From contig OW569362.1 of NCBI GenBank assembly GCA_937625935.1, positions 186,001 through 250,000 on the forward strand: a stretch of 64,000 nt of DNA. The letters run 5' to 3'. The notes beneath the pieces were generated by a model, which was given only the letters and a program-made list of their open reading frames with translations, was not told the origin of the DNA and ran no database searches. A program made the position numbers and the translations under genes. This stretch comes from Tetramitus jugosus. Its lineage: Eukaryota; Protista; Heterolobosea. Each line of letters starts with the position of its first letter. The stretch's first letter is position 1. This document shows positions 23,474-35,584 of this stretch, piece after piece.

Positions 23474-25426
23474 TCAACTTTGACTGTCAACAACATCTGT
23501 CGATGAGCGAGGGGAGACATTTGTGTTCTCTTCTTCTTGAGTTGTTTCTTTGGTTTCTTTGGTTTCTTCAGCAATTGGCTCCACAGGTGAGCTGTTTTGG
23601 ACGTCTTCTGTCACATGTTCATCGGAGGAGTCAGTCTCTTCATCTTCCTCCACGATGTGCATGTCTGATAATCTTTCGAGCACTTTGGTTAATCCCAGCT
23701 CCTTCAAAAATATGGTTCCTCTGTATTGATTCAACTTGACAGCTCCAACAAAGAGTTCCTGACAATGCACAATCAAGAGTTCACATATTTTGTTGATGTG
23801 CTTCGTGCTTTGAGCCAGTTTTATGTGGTCCTCCAACTCTGGTCTCATTCTCATCAGATTCATTCCAAAACTGATGGCAATCGTGGCAGCCGTCATCTTT
23901 GTTGCAGGACTTGAAGCTATCCTAGAGAAGAATTGAATGAGTCTAGCAAGACAGTTGCGGTTGTTGAGCGGTACTTGAGCCAACAAACGCTTAATCTCTG
24001 CTAGTTGTTCCTCAGGCGTAGCCAAAGTAACTGCATTTATCCATTGGTCGAACAAGTCAAAGGTCAACAGAGGCTCAGGCAACTCTCTCGTAAACATTTT
24101 GATCAGTCCACAAACCGTGTGGGGCTTACTTGAAATCTCAAGCCTATAGTAATCTACTCTCTTACCCTCGTCAATCATTGTCCTCAGTCGTTCCATCTCG
24201 GCCGTATGACCCGAAATTCTCATCAATCCCTCATTGTTCAAACAATTCTTCTCCAGATATGACAACATCTCTTCAATTACCACTGGTACTGGACCAGGTT
24301 CGTCCCATCTCTGCAATATGACATCGATATGCACACCAAAAATCTGAATCTCATTTCCATAGTCGAACAAGCCTCTTTGAATCTTGGGCAATTCATTGAC
24401 TCTTGGCAGATCGTTCATCTTGTTCTGTACGTTCTTCAAAGTGGTCAACGCAGTCTCAAAATAGGAAATATAGTGACTCATCATGGTGTTCAACACTGAG
24501 TAATAATCATGGTCACGCTTCGCAAGTTGATAATCAATTTCGGCGTTGAGTCTATGCTTTGCTTTGGCCTCCACGATTTCATTGTCCTCCTCCAGTACTT
24601 TTAACTGACCGACAACATCGACGGCCAATCGTTCACCTAGATTGGCTCTCGTCATGCTTAATCGACTCAGTGCTTCACTAATGTGAACACCGCACTTTTT
24701 CAATGATTCGGGCTGGGAGGATGTGGTGGGTGAACTTGGTTCTTCACTCACACTGTTCACTGCCGATGTAGGCAACTGTACGCCTCTCATGTAACTGTTG
24801 AGTGACTTTGAGAGAGCCATTTCCATTTGACTCATCTCCTTGTTCTTATCAATGAGTTCCTTGATGGTGTCACGAGCTGTCTCATAATGAGCAAACATTA
24901 GTCCAGTCTGTTCCAACTTGTTGTCCAATGTTTCCATTCTTCTCTGAGGCTCTCCAAAACTCAATGATTTTTGAATTCTGGTCGTACTGAGATTGCTATT
25001 GTTGCTGCCAGTGCTATTGGTGGAGTGATGCTGTTGATTACTGCCATTGTTATTGCTGTTGGTGTTTGGCGGAGGATTGCCAGTGAGCCATTGTTCGACA
25101 AGAGCTTGATGCTTCTCTCGTTCCTTGTTCAACTTCTTCTTTCTTCCATTTTTGAACAGTGATGCAAATGTTTTGCTCTTCTTACGTGTGATTGATGGTT
25201 GTTGTGCATCGTTGTTGGGTACCAACCGTGGTGATGATGATCCATGATTGTTGCCTGAGGATGATGATGATGATGTTGTGGATGTGGATGCAACCGCTGT
25301 GTATGGAGGGATTGGAGGCGTTGTTGTATTTGTGCTATGACTCATATTTGTTGCTACTGCTGATGATGATTGGTTTTCTTCCTCTTGTTCTTCTTGGTTT
25401 ATGATAATAATAATTCTTCGTATCAA
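23474..25426 (-). CDS. RhoGAP protein with an N-terminal helical (BAR-like) region
   Basis: IFGV.I, EGLMRISG arginine finger, LIKMFTRELPEPLLT and KMTAATIAISFG, preceded by a long helical segment. The true start may be the downstream MSHST. Confidence 0.85.
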   Translation of the reverse strand: MIRRIIIIINQEEQEEENQSSSAVATNMSHSTNTTTPPIPPYTAVASTSTTSSSSSSGNNHGSSSPRLVPNNDAQQPSITRKKSKTFASLFKNGRKKKLNKEREKHQALVEQWLTGNPPPNTNSNNNGSNQQHHSTNSTGSNNSNLSTTRIQKSLSFGEPQRRMETLDNKLEQTGLMFAHYETARDTIKELIDKNKEMSQMEMALSKSLNSYMRGVQLPTSAVNSVSEEPSSPTTSSQPESLKKCGVHISEALSRLSMTRANLGERLAVDVVGQLKVLEEDNEIVEAKAKHRLNAEIDYQLAKRDHDYYSVLNTMMSHYISYFETALTTLKNVQNKMNDLPRVNELPKIQRGLFDYGNEIQIFGVHIDVILQRWDEPGPVPVVIEEMLSYLEKNCLNNEGLMRISGHTAEMERLRTMIDEGKRVDYYRLEISSKPHTVCGLIKMFTRELPEPLLTFDLFDQWINAVTLATPEEQLAEIKRLLAQVPLNNRNCLARLIQFFSRIASSPATKMTAATIAISFGMNLMRMRPELEDHIKLAQSTKHINKICELLIVHCQELFVGAVKLNQYRGTIFLKELGLTKVLERLSDMHIVEEDEETDSSDEHVTEDVQNSSPVEPIAEETKETKETTQEEENTNVSPRSSTDVVDSQS

Positions 25427-25800
25427 TCTTTTGTGGTGAATGTGGTTGAAACGAACGTTTGTGTGTGTGTATGAGAGTGTATGTATAGATGAGTTTGGTA
25501 GTAGCTACTCACACACTAAAGTAGTGGTTGATGTGGTTGAATCGATTTGTGGAGAGAATGACTTGTCAAACGTCTCTTTTTGTTTTCAGTTGTTTTGTTT
25601 GTTGTTTTTCGTTCTTCCACGCCGGAGCGAATCCTTTGGTCGTTTTTTGTTCTGGGGCCCAGATGTTATCTCTGTTGGTTGGAACGGTTTATCTCGGGCA
25701 GCGTGTGAAAACGAAAGAGCTCTAGATGAGAGGAAACAAACAAGATAGCAATGCTGTTGATGTGCTGTTGTTTTTTGTGTAACGACCTGATCTTTATTCT

Positions 25801-25930
25801 GATGCAGGGGTTCTTCGCGAATGGAAATGTGTGCTTTCAGAAATAAGTGCTTTGTCAAAGACCCATCGCATATCAGATACTTGACATGTGACACATTCAT
25901 ATTCTCCATCGGGAACCCCAACTCCGCATC
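25801..25930 (+). ncRNA. Candidate structured ncRNA / fold-back element
   Basis: Nested complementary arms GATGC/GCATC, GGGGTTC/GAACCCC, GAATG/TATTC, AATGTGT/ACACATT and TGTCAA/TTGACA in an intergenic region. Confidence 0.35.
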
Positions 25931-26052
25931 CGAACTTTTTGGCGCCAAACAAACTCCAAGTCGGAAAATTTATGTTCTAGAAAAAACTAACAAACCAGCG
26001 ACTGCCAAATAGAAGCCTGTATCCACACAAAACATCCCACCACGAACAAAAA

Positions 26053-29000
26053 ATGCGACTACAAACGCCCATAGCTCCCATATCAAAAATCATAACAACG
26101 AGGTCAATGGGTCGTTTTTCTCTGTTTTCACCAACAACAATGACACTTTTTGTGTTTCTTATTCTCCTTTCTGTGATCATGAATAATCATAGTAGCAGTA
26201 GTCATAGTTTTGCGGCTGGTCCAGTCATTGAATATATGACATCAAAGGAGATGCAGACAACAGGTGAGATCAAGAGCATGATTATGGATCCAACACCAAG
26301 CGCAAACAACGAGGTTCTCATCATCAGCAACAATGCTCAACCCAATGCAATGATTACAAGAGTCAATTCAACATTTAATCAAACAGGTCAAACGAGCTTT
26401 ACGCTGCCCTATGAACTCACCTATTTGAATTATGGTGAAACAAGGGTGATTAAGATGTTTAGTGTACCATTTTTGAGCGAGGAGAGCGGGTCCGAGTATC
26501 AACTATTGTGTCTTGTCGATGATTCGATAAACAAGCGATACAAGCTTGTGCGATTTAGAGTATTAGCTACGACAATGGATAGAATCGATGAAGTGTTGGT
26601 GACTCGGTATGAAGATGTATGTATATCAAAGTGTCTTGTCTTGATTGTTCATTTTCGCACATTTCACTCACTCATTTCTGTCATATTGTTCTCTCATATG
26701 ATTGCCATGTGATGAATAATGATTACTTTATTCTTGAATGTTGTTCTTGTTGTGTTAGAGCGCGGTAACACCCATTACTGTCAGTATTTCTCAATCAAAA
26801 ACAGATGCCAAACAATTTGTTGCAGTCTATAAGGATTTGGATGGCTGGTTCATGAAAAAGGTGCAACTAGCGAGGGATATCATGAAATCCGATCAGAAGC
26901 AATTGAATATTATTCATAGGCACTCCGTGAATGTGTTATGGACAAGTGATGATGACTATTTGTATGGTGTGGAGAGTGCTGGTGTGAGTTTGTTTCTTCG
27001 TACATACCAGGGTAAGAGGATAACATATTTTGAACTTTGAGTCAATTTTTTTAATGATCTGACACCTCATATTTGATGCTATACAGTCGATATCCATACT
27101 CCAACGTTGATTAGGGACGTATCAATCAGATGTAATGATGACACAACAAGTGTTCAGGCAGTTACCACAACTTCTGTCGTATTGATTGAACAAACAAACA
27201 CACTGGCGATAACGATACGATTTGGTACTGGTACGAACAGTATTGTGTTTGTTGACACGAATGCGATGACAATGACAGCCAGTATGTGAATTTTTGTTTA
27301 TTGTCAGTTGAATGAGTTCGATGCTAACTGCCTTTCTCTGAAGATTACCCCACCTCGTTTGGAGCTATTCAGTTGGCCCATGTCATTGGTTCAGATCTTT
27401 TATTATACACCAGCTTCAGTATGCCTGGTCACTTTCATCAAATTGAAACAGTCGCTAATTTTTCTTTGTTTAATCAATCTCACTACAATCTCACGAGCGT
27501 TGTGGCTAGGAATACGGTTTCTGTGACTACCGCTAGTACCATTAATTTGGCAAAACACTGTGTTCATTTCGTGACCACATCTAAACGAAAGGGTTCATTC
27601 AACACCTTGACTCAACAGATGCTCTATTCGTATGATCTAGTTACAGACACATTCGAGGCTAGTTTGTTTATGTTGGATGCTTTCATTGATCGACCTTCTT
27701 GTCTCCTGTCGCACGGAGATATTATATCGGTTGCCACAAGAGACTTGCCAGGCAAGGTTATTCAATATAGATTGAATGAAGCAAACGTAATGGAGCGGAT
27801 TAGGACACTTGTTCTTTCTGGCAACGACATTACACACTGTTTGCAAGACAGTAAGCAAAATATTGGATACTTCATATCTAGGCGAGCTGCGTCCATATCT
27901 AAGGTTGATTTAGAAACAGGAACTATTTTATCTGAATTTGATGAAGGAGATTTCTTTACTCCATACGATACTGATAGCGCTGAATCTCCTTTCATTGCTC
28001 ATTTGCATGATGAATACATTTACTTGCTCGGTATAAAAGAAAGAAAGAGTGTCATGCTGCGACTAGAGACTGGTAACATCAGAAATAGAGTTGCCACAGG
28101 CCTGCAGCTTGAACAACATGTACCTCCTCCGCTCTACTTTGGTTATGGCAGCTTTTTAGATCATTCCCCCGTTCCTGGCATTTATTTTACAATTTTGTAT
28201 CGATCATTGGATCATATTTGGAAACGAAACTTAGTTAAGATGCCTTTCGCAAATATTCATGATATAACAATGGGTACGATTAGTGAAACAGAAGATGAAA
28301 AAATTCAGCCTCAGATACCATGCATGTTTAAGCATGGAGGTTATGTGTATGCTGCACTCAATCTACCTAACAAATCCAACTGCACGATTATACGAGTCAA
28401 GTTGGATTCTGATCTCGAGAGCGGAAGATATCAAAGCGATGTGATAACCTACCTATATACAAGGAATGTGAATCACCCGTCGTGTTCTATCTATTCGTGT
28501 GTTGTCGGAAAGTATGGGATTAATGCGTACTTTACTACAAGACACTCAAAACTTCTGTTGAAAGCTGATCTAACAGAGCAAAAATTAGTGGTGAGAGCAC
28601 ATTATGATGTCGGAAAAGAACTTGGTTCTGCAATTTTAGTTCCAGAGAGACAAGTATTGATCGCAGCATCGTACTGGGATATTATGGCTCCAGAACTATT
28701 CCTTTTTGATGCAGAAGAGAATCCACCACGCAAGAACAAAGCCCTCCTAACAGCAATTATTGTCCCCGTGCTTGCTGCGTTAGTTGGGCTTGTTGTGTTG
28801 CTCTTGGTAGTGTTTGTTCCTGTTTCCATCAAAGCTTGTGTACAACACAGGAAACTGAAGAGGCAAAGAGAAATAGAGGCTGACTTAAATCGTCAATTAC
28901 TCTCTACATTTGACATGCTCGAAGATACTACGACCTCATCAAAGAGATCGGTGTACAGTCTCGACACTGGTAAGAACTGGATCATCAGTATGCAAGATAT

Positions 29001-30035
29001 TGAGATTCAAAAACGTATCAGCGAAGGTGCGTTCTCAACTGTGTTCCGTGCAAAGTGGAGAAAAGGTGGTGTTGATGTTGCAGTCAAACGAATGAAACAT
29101 TCGGACTCTGAAGAAGATGAAGAAACTTTCTTGAATGAGGCCAGAACATTACTTTCAATTCGTCATGGTATGAAAAATTTTATTCGTTTAGGTTTGGTTC
29201 ACATGTTTAGAAACTAACACAACATTTTTTTAGTTAATATCCTACTCTTCCTTGGAATTAGTGTGGAGGGAAGTCATCGTTTTATCATCACTGAGTACAT
29301 GAAGAATGGCTCTTTAGACGACTTGTATCGGTCCTCAGTTGGAAAGCAATCACTCAAATGTGTATTGCCCTTCGCTGAAAAAATCCGAATGTTGTGTGAA
29401 ATTTGTCAAGCTTTACTCTATCTCCATGTAAGTATGCTTTGTAGTAACTTTTATTCGACAAACATTGAACAAACCACCATTTAATGTTGAATTCCTTATA
29501 TTAGACACATGATCCAGTGATTATCCACCGAGATTTGAAACCCCAGAACATTTTGTTGGATGAGCACTTGCATGTCAAATTGTGCGATTTTGGCTTGAGC
29601 AAACCAGTTGCGAATAGTATGACGAGTGGCGTAGGAACATTTGAATATTGCAGTCCTGAAGTTTTGGTCAACTCTAGATACAGCGAAATGGCAGACATTT
29701 ACTCATTTGCTATTGTTATGTTTGAACTCCTTTTTGAGATGCATCCATTCCATAATTTGACTGGAAGTACCCAGAGTGGTATCCAAACAATGCATCAATT
29801 CCAATTGGGAATAGATATTGTTAATAACTCAAGAAGACCACAAATTCCATATGCAGGAGAAGAGTTGGAGCGTTGGGCTGATATCAATGAGATTCCTTTA
29901 CCTGTTCTGGACACGTACTTGGATATTATGCGGAAATGTTGGCTGAAAGAACCAAGGGACCGGTATCCTACGTCTGATCTCCTCCGTGTCTTAACTGAGC
30001 TTAAGGAAGACCTCAACAACCATAGTTCGACATGA
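26053..30035 (+). CDS. Single-pass receptor-like TKL protein kinase, 6 exons; introns 26617-26758, 27012-27086, 27282-27343, 29168-29233, 29428-29504
   Basis: Signal peptide (TLFVFLILLSVIM), large ectodomain, TM helix ALLTAIIVPVLAALVGLVVLLLVVFVPV, then VAVK, HRDLKPQN, DFG and GTFEYCSPE. All five introns are GT-AG and frame-preserving. The start may be 26107. Confidence 0.88.
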
Positions 30036-30039
30036 AATT

Positions 30040-32710
30040 TTATTGATCCTTCTTGGCTATTTTGATACAGAAGCCAATGGCCTCTAGCCATGCGTCTCTG
30101 GTCTCCTCGAATTCACAAAACATGTATGTTTTCTTGTCTCGGATGGTATCATACACAGAAAATACAAGAGGATGTGTCACGGTCCCTCGCTTTTGAGGCT
30201 CCTTTTGAACGATTGCGTTGTACAGATAAATTTCTCCACTTGGATTCTTCAGTTTGCGGATATCCTTGTAATAACTGAGGACACCAGTCTTACTTAAAAT
30301 AAAGTATCGTTCGCGTAATGTTTTGTACACGTGCCCTTCTTTACACAACCAACCCTCTCTCACAATTTCACTGTAAACTCTCTTGTTTTGCGCACCATTC
30401 GCAATGAGAAGCTCTGTGAATTGTTTGTAGTCTTGTGCTGCCATCTGCCCGTTGAGGTGGAGCTCGTGAGCCAGCTGTAGTGGTGTAAAGAATTGCTTCT
30501 GGTTTGTTGCGTTCATTAACACTGCCAAGTCTTCTGTTCCTTTAGCCTGGACAACAAAGCCCTTCAGTACATCCACAAATGAGTTATTAATCGCAATATG
30601 GAGGGCCGAATTACCAGACACAGTCTCAATCTGATTCATGTTGGCTCCCGATTTAACAAGGACCTCAGTGACACCTCCAGACCCATATGCCATAGAATTT
30701 AAGATCAGTGGGGTTACACCGTTGATATCAGTCATGTCAACATCGAACTTGGTTGGCGATTCCTTTGACACACTTAATAAATATTGGGTCACCTGATCAT
30801 ATCCCATAGCACAGCTTAGAGTCAGAGGACAACACATCATTCTGCAATCTTTGCTCGTAACTTTCACCTCAATAGTAGGCTTATAATCCATGATTATTCT
30901 GAGAGTAGTCATACTACCACCCATAACAGCAAACAACAAAGGATTCACATAGTGCTCACAGGTATTCAAGACATAGCTCGCGACATAACAGAATTTTTTG
31001 TTGCCGTTACTATTGCTTGTTTGTGATGTCCAAACATGATTTTTCCAATAGTTTATCACTTGCAAGAATCCAGCCGCAGATGTAGATGCTGCTGTTGTTG
31101 GTGATGTTGATGGAGAAGCTGACAAGGCAGTTGTTGGAGACAAGAGCGAGGAAGAGGATAATGATCTACCAAGAGCACCACCCATTACATCTCCTCCCAT
31201 CGCAACCGCTGTAGCAGTGGCACTTGCTGATTGCTTTCTCTTCAAAAAATAGGGCAATCCGGAGCACTCTGTCTCAAGGTATGCCTTCTGATCCAACAAC
31301 AGCTTCACAATAGCATCGAGACCAAATAGACAGGCTATGTGCAACGGTGTCAAATTATTGTTTGCTGGACGATCCAAGATTCCTCTAAAGAAATCGAGCT
31401 TGTTCATCAATGCAATCACTGCTTGATCATTACCACTACCGACCAACACGTGAGCCAGACAGAGATGTGATGTCGGTAGGATGGCCTTTGCTAAATCAGG
31501 GTATTTCTCAACTGTTTCTTCAATCAATGCAGTTGATCTACCATACAAGCAAACACGAAACACGATATTGGCAAAGAGTTCTTCTTCGAATACATTGAGC
31601 TTGACTTGATCTTCCTTGGATGTCAAATGAACCAAGTGCAAAACAATTAATTTCTAAATATTGTGTGTGTGTTAGCTCGACCAGCCTTCGTTAACAAACA
31701 AGCAGACAAGCAAAAGTAACAGAGAACACCGTGTGTTGATTGATATATACATACTTCCTTGGGTGAAAATGGCCGCCTGGCATCAAAATTCTTCAACTCA
31801 TGAATCACAGCATCAGCGTTCGTCTGGTCATCGTTCTCATCATTCAATCTCTCTCTGTTCAACAATGAAGTGAACTGTTGAGACAATGTCAAAACCTTGC
31901 TGTAGGACAATGATGATGAGCTGGATTTTGAGATGGTGAGTCGCGTATTGTCAACACTCAATGACCTTGTGTGCTGATGGTGAGGAGCACGAGCAGCCGT
32001 TGTTTTTGTAGTCGACGTCGGAGTCGGAAAAGTCGGTGTTGTTGTTGTAATGGAGGGCGATTGAATGACTGGTAGTTCCAAGGATGGTGGCGGCGGTGAT
32101 GATGGATAGTTGTTGAATGAAACAGTAGTTGTTGCTATTGGTGATGAGGGCGGTGAGATGGTGGCAGTCGTAGACATTTCTGATGAAGATGATGATGGGA
32201 GCGGAGAAGATGACAAGCAATCATCAGTCAATGGTACACTGGTTCTGAACATCATCGTCTGATGTACTGGGGGGCTAATGCTGTCCCCATCATCAGCATC
32301 ATCACTACTATTGTGATTGATTGGTTCGTCGGTTGTTGTCCCTGCTCGTTGCTCTTGCTCCACTATTTGAGTGGACAATTCTACAGTTGCAGCAGCAATT
32401 GAAGTTTCTGTTGTGGTAGTTTCTGTTGTTGCTGTGATGTCAGTTGTTTCCAAAGATGATACTGTTGTGCTTCTCGAAGGGTGATTCCATTGCGTTTCTT
32501 TTGTTATTGGATTGTAACTACATAATGACATGATATCGTGGTTAGTGGTTTTTGTTGTGGCCCAGAAATGCGATAATGTGACACACTGAAGAGAAGGCAG
32601 CAGGCAAACAAAAAAAACACGTACTAGTAAAAACGGTTTGATTTTTCATCCAAGTATTCAATAAAACCCATCAGACTAGGACGTCTGCTGTTGTCAGTGG
32701 CCGAAGTCAT
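30040..32710 (-). CDS. WW + ankyrin repeat + PH domain protein, 3 exons; introns 32518-32624, 31654-31754
   Basis: The spliced N-terminus gives GFIEYLDEKSNRFYYYNPITKETQWNHP (WW-like). Ankyrin motifs TPLHIAC, GVTPL, GNSALH; PH domain REGWLCKEG...ERYFIL...WLEAI. Confidence 0.8.
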
Positions 32711-32777
32711 ATTTTAGTGAAACAAAGATACTTCTTCTTTCTCGGTTTTTCTCACGCAATAATTTTTGAGTGGATTG

Positions 32778-35393
32778 TCAGATGTCAGGGATGTCTGGAA
32801 ATGTCCGCCGTGTTAGGAAGCCCTGAGATTCAAGAAGTTCTTCAATGATCTTGCTGACTTCAGAGTTACCACAAAACGATGGCACTCCTGTAAATAACTC
32901 CTCCAGTGTGCCATCTTGATGCCAAAGAAATTGTCTAAAGAGTTTGTGAGAAGATTTATCTTCAGTCATGGTGTAGATGAGAATATGAACAGTTCGTTCA
33001 ACTTCGTTGTCACTGTGTGAAGTTGTGTACTCCAAAGCCACTACTCTTCTAAAATCACCATGTTCAGATCTATAACGCAAGGATTTCTGGATAATGTACT
33101 CGAATTCTGAGTAAGAGAGTTCTTGGTCACCAGGTACGAAAAAGTCATCCTTCTTTCCGAGGAGTCGTGTGTAAGCATCCAGGAGCAACCCATTCATGAA
33201 AACTCGAAAACAAAAGAAGTGCATGATGATCACGGATATCAACATTGTCCACAAGTGCATTGATATTGTGATAAATATGCCCCAAATAGGAGAGTTTGGA
33301 GAGTCTGACCTTTCATCTGCTAGTTTCCGGTATAACTTGAATGAATCTCCATTTCTCCAATCTTTGTAGCAACAATCCACAATCAATGTAAGGATTGGGT
33401 CGAGTATGACAAGTAACCCGTAAGCAACTATAAACCTTGAAGCAAAGAAGGGAACATTCACCCTCATCTTTTGGAAAAAGCCGATTACACCAATCATTAT
33501 TAGCAAGATAATAATATTGGTCATGGCTCCAGATATTATCACTAAACTTTCTCCAGCTAGTGACAGATAATTTGATTCATAAACTACAGTTACTCTTATT
33601 CCTGTTGGCTTGTAGAGGATATCGGGAGTTTTAAAGAACTTGAGTAAACACCACTGCCCGAAATAATGCACAAATATTCTCATCCAAAAAGCAACAAGCA
33701 TCATCAGAATAGCAAACATAAACTGAAGGGAGATCGGAGAGAGGAAACCCATCTCTATTGTGATTGTTTGGAGTACAAATCGTATTCTCCCCAATGCCTG
33801 ATGAACAGCAGAAGCTTTGTAAGAATTTTTGATTTCATACTTGTATCGACTTAGCTCTTCTGAAGTTGGTGGTGCTAAAAAGTTACTTTCTGTTGAATTT
33901 TCTGATTTGTTTTCTCTCTCTGTCGTGTCCAACTCATCACCCCATAGATGTTGATCATGGTTCTCCTCGAGCAGTTCATACGCCTCCGAATCAGAGAGAA
34001 GTTTCTTAGCATGGATAGAAAAGTAGAGGTTTCCCATCCAGCAATCCAAATCCTCACAATAAGTATTTTCTATTTTACAATACTGGTCAATGGCTGAGTC
34101 TACCCACCCTCTAACTAATGGTGTCTTGCAATTCCCATCAATGACTTTAAATTCTGGGTTCTCCACGGGGTAGACTCCCCAGCCGACACATGCTCCTGCA
34201 TTTTCTCCCGAGAGTTTCACGATTTCAAAACTGTACACGTAGTGCGGTTTTCGGTCCAGTTGAGATGGAAGAAGAAGTTGTATAGTATTAGTAGAGTCGA
34301 GAGCCGTTTCAATAGTGCAGTGAGTTCCATTATGGTGAAACACTGAAAAGAAAGGACCCTCCGATCGCTTTAGTATCTCGCCCTTAAGTTTGGAAAGTAG
34401 GGACTGATCGATACCACCAACGACTTCTCTCCCAGATACTCCATCTCTAATCGATACCACTATAGCATATTTGGACGGTGGTATTTTATCCTTCATACCC
34501 CGAATGTACCTCAAGGAAATCTTAACCTCATGACGTTCAAATTTGCTCGAATAAAAGTTTGATAGGGCAGTACATAAACACGAATAATTGTATCGATGTC
34601 GAAAGGCTCCATACTTATCCGCAAATGTTTTCTTTCTTCTTCCCATTTCAGTTATCATCTCTCCTTCCATGTTGTGAAATGCTTTGGATAGTTGAGATCT
34701 AAACTTTTCATTTCGATCATCCATTTCCTTCATTACATCACTAACTATCTTCTCACGCTCTTTCTTTCTTTCTGAAAGTTCTTCATTGACTCGCATGTCA
34801 GTTCTTTTCAACCTTGTTAACTTTTTCACATGACTAGTTCCTTTCATCTCTTGTTCCTGTTGAACATGTTCTTGTGTATTGAATCGTGTTTTGTCTAAAT
34901 CATGTTTTTCAATGCTACATATCGTCACGACTCTTGTGGACAAATCATTATCAAACTCGACAAGATACTTCGATGCCCGATGACTCACTATCTTGTGTTG
35001 AATCCTTTCAAGGAAGCTGTTCCAGTTTTTATGATCACTCTCCCATCTTTCATATGGAAAGGTAGGAAATAACTCTACTTCTTCATCGTCTTCGTATCTC
35101 TGATTCGTCGTATCTTGGTCAGATACTTCATTAACATTGTCACTACTTCTTACGTCTGACTCAGAACAGAAGATGGTTGAGGAGAAGAGAGGTCTACTCT
35201 CTGGACTTTCAGAACTCGCTAGTCTGTTATTCAATTCGAAGGAGATGACAGTGTCTCCGTGTTCATTCACAAGAGGCTCCATCAATTCACTGTCGTCCTG
35301 ATAGTAATTATCATCTTCTGCATACAGATCGATGGTTTGGGAGCGAGAGGAGGAAAGAGGTACAACTTGTATCTTCCTTTTGCTTCGAAGCAT
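32778..35393 (-). CDS. OFCC1 (orofacial cleft 1 candidate)-like membrane protein
   Basis: IRGMKDKIP..Y, VGWGVYP..F.VIDG..KTPLVRG and DLDCWMGNLYF blocks, followed by several TM helices and GDSFKLY, resemble the OFCC1 family. Confidence 0.65.
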   Translation of the reverse strand: MLRSKRKIQVVPLSSSRSQTIDLYAEDDNYYQDDSELMEPLVNEHGDTVISFELNNRLASSESPESRPLFSSTIFCSESDVRSSDNVNEVSDQDTTNQRYEDDEEVELFPTFPYERWESDHKNWNSFLERIQHKIVSHRASKYLVEFDNDLSTRVVTICSIEKHDLDKTRFNTQEHVQQEQEMKGTSHVKKLTRLKRTDMRVNEELSERKKEREKIVSDVMKEMDDRNEKFRSQLSKAFHNMEGEMITEMGRRKKTFADKYGAFRHRYNYSCLCTALSNFYSSKFERHEVKISLRYIRGMKDKIPPSKYAIVVSIRDGVSGREVVGGIDQSLLSKLKGEILKRSEGPFFSVFHHNGTHCTIETALDSTNTIQLLLPSQLDRKPHYVYSFEIVKLSGENAGACVGWGVYPVENPEFKVIDGNCKTPLVRGWVDSAIDQYCKIENTYCEDLDCWMGNLYFSIHAKKLLSDSEAYELLEENHDQHLWGDELDTTERENKSENSTESNFLAPPTSEELSRYKYEIKNSYKASAVHQALGRIRFVLQTITIEMGFLSPISLQFMFAILMMLVAFWMRIFVHYFGQWCLLKFFKTPDILYKPTGIRVTVVYESNYLSLAGESLVIISGAMTNIIILLIMIGVIGFFQKMRVNVPFFASRFIVAYGLLVILDPILTLIVDCCYKDWRNGDSFKLYRKLADERSDSPNSPIWGIFITISMHLWTMLISVIIMHFFCFRVFMNGLLLDAYTRLLGKKDDFFVPGDQELSYSEFEYIIQKSLRYRSEHGDFRRVVALEYTTSHSDNEVERTVHILIYTMTEDKSSHKLFRQFLWHQDGTLEELFTGVPSFCGNSEVSKIIEELLESQGFLTRRTFPDIPDI

Positions 35394-35584
35394 AATGTAC
35401 AATCCCACACAAGAAGAAACGAGCACTTGGGAGTTTTTTAACTAAAAAGCGCAATTTTTCTGTAGTTGGCGGCAATTGGCCGCAGCACCACGACAATGAT
35501 TGAAAAGAGAGACAAGGTTGAAATCGTTTCACAGTTTTTGTTTTTTTATGAGATATGGTGGTGTGTTGGGGGTTTTTTTGTTGT

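Noticed and set aside
25586-26012. 120-aa and 63-aa ORFs in the RhoGAP / kinase gap
   Set aside because: Non-ATG start or no motif; they overlap the fold-back and promoter region.
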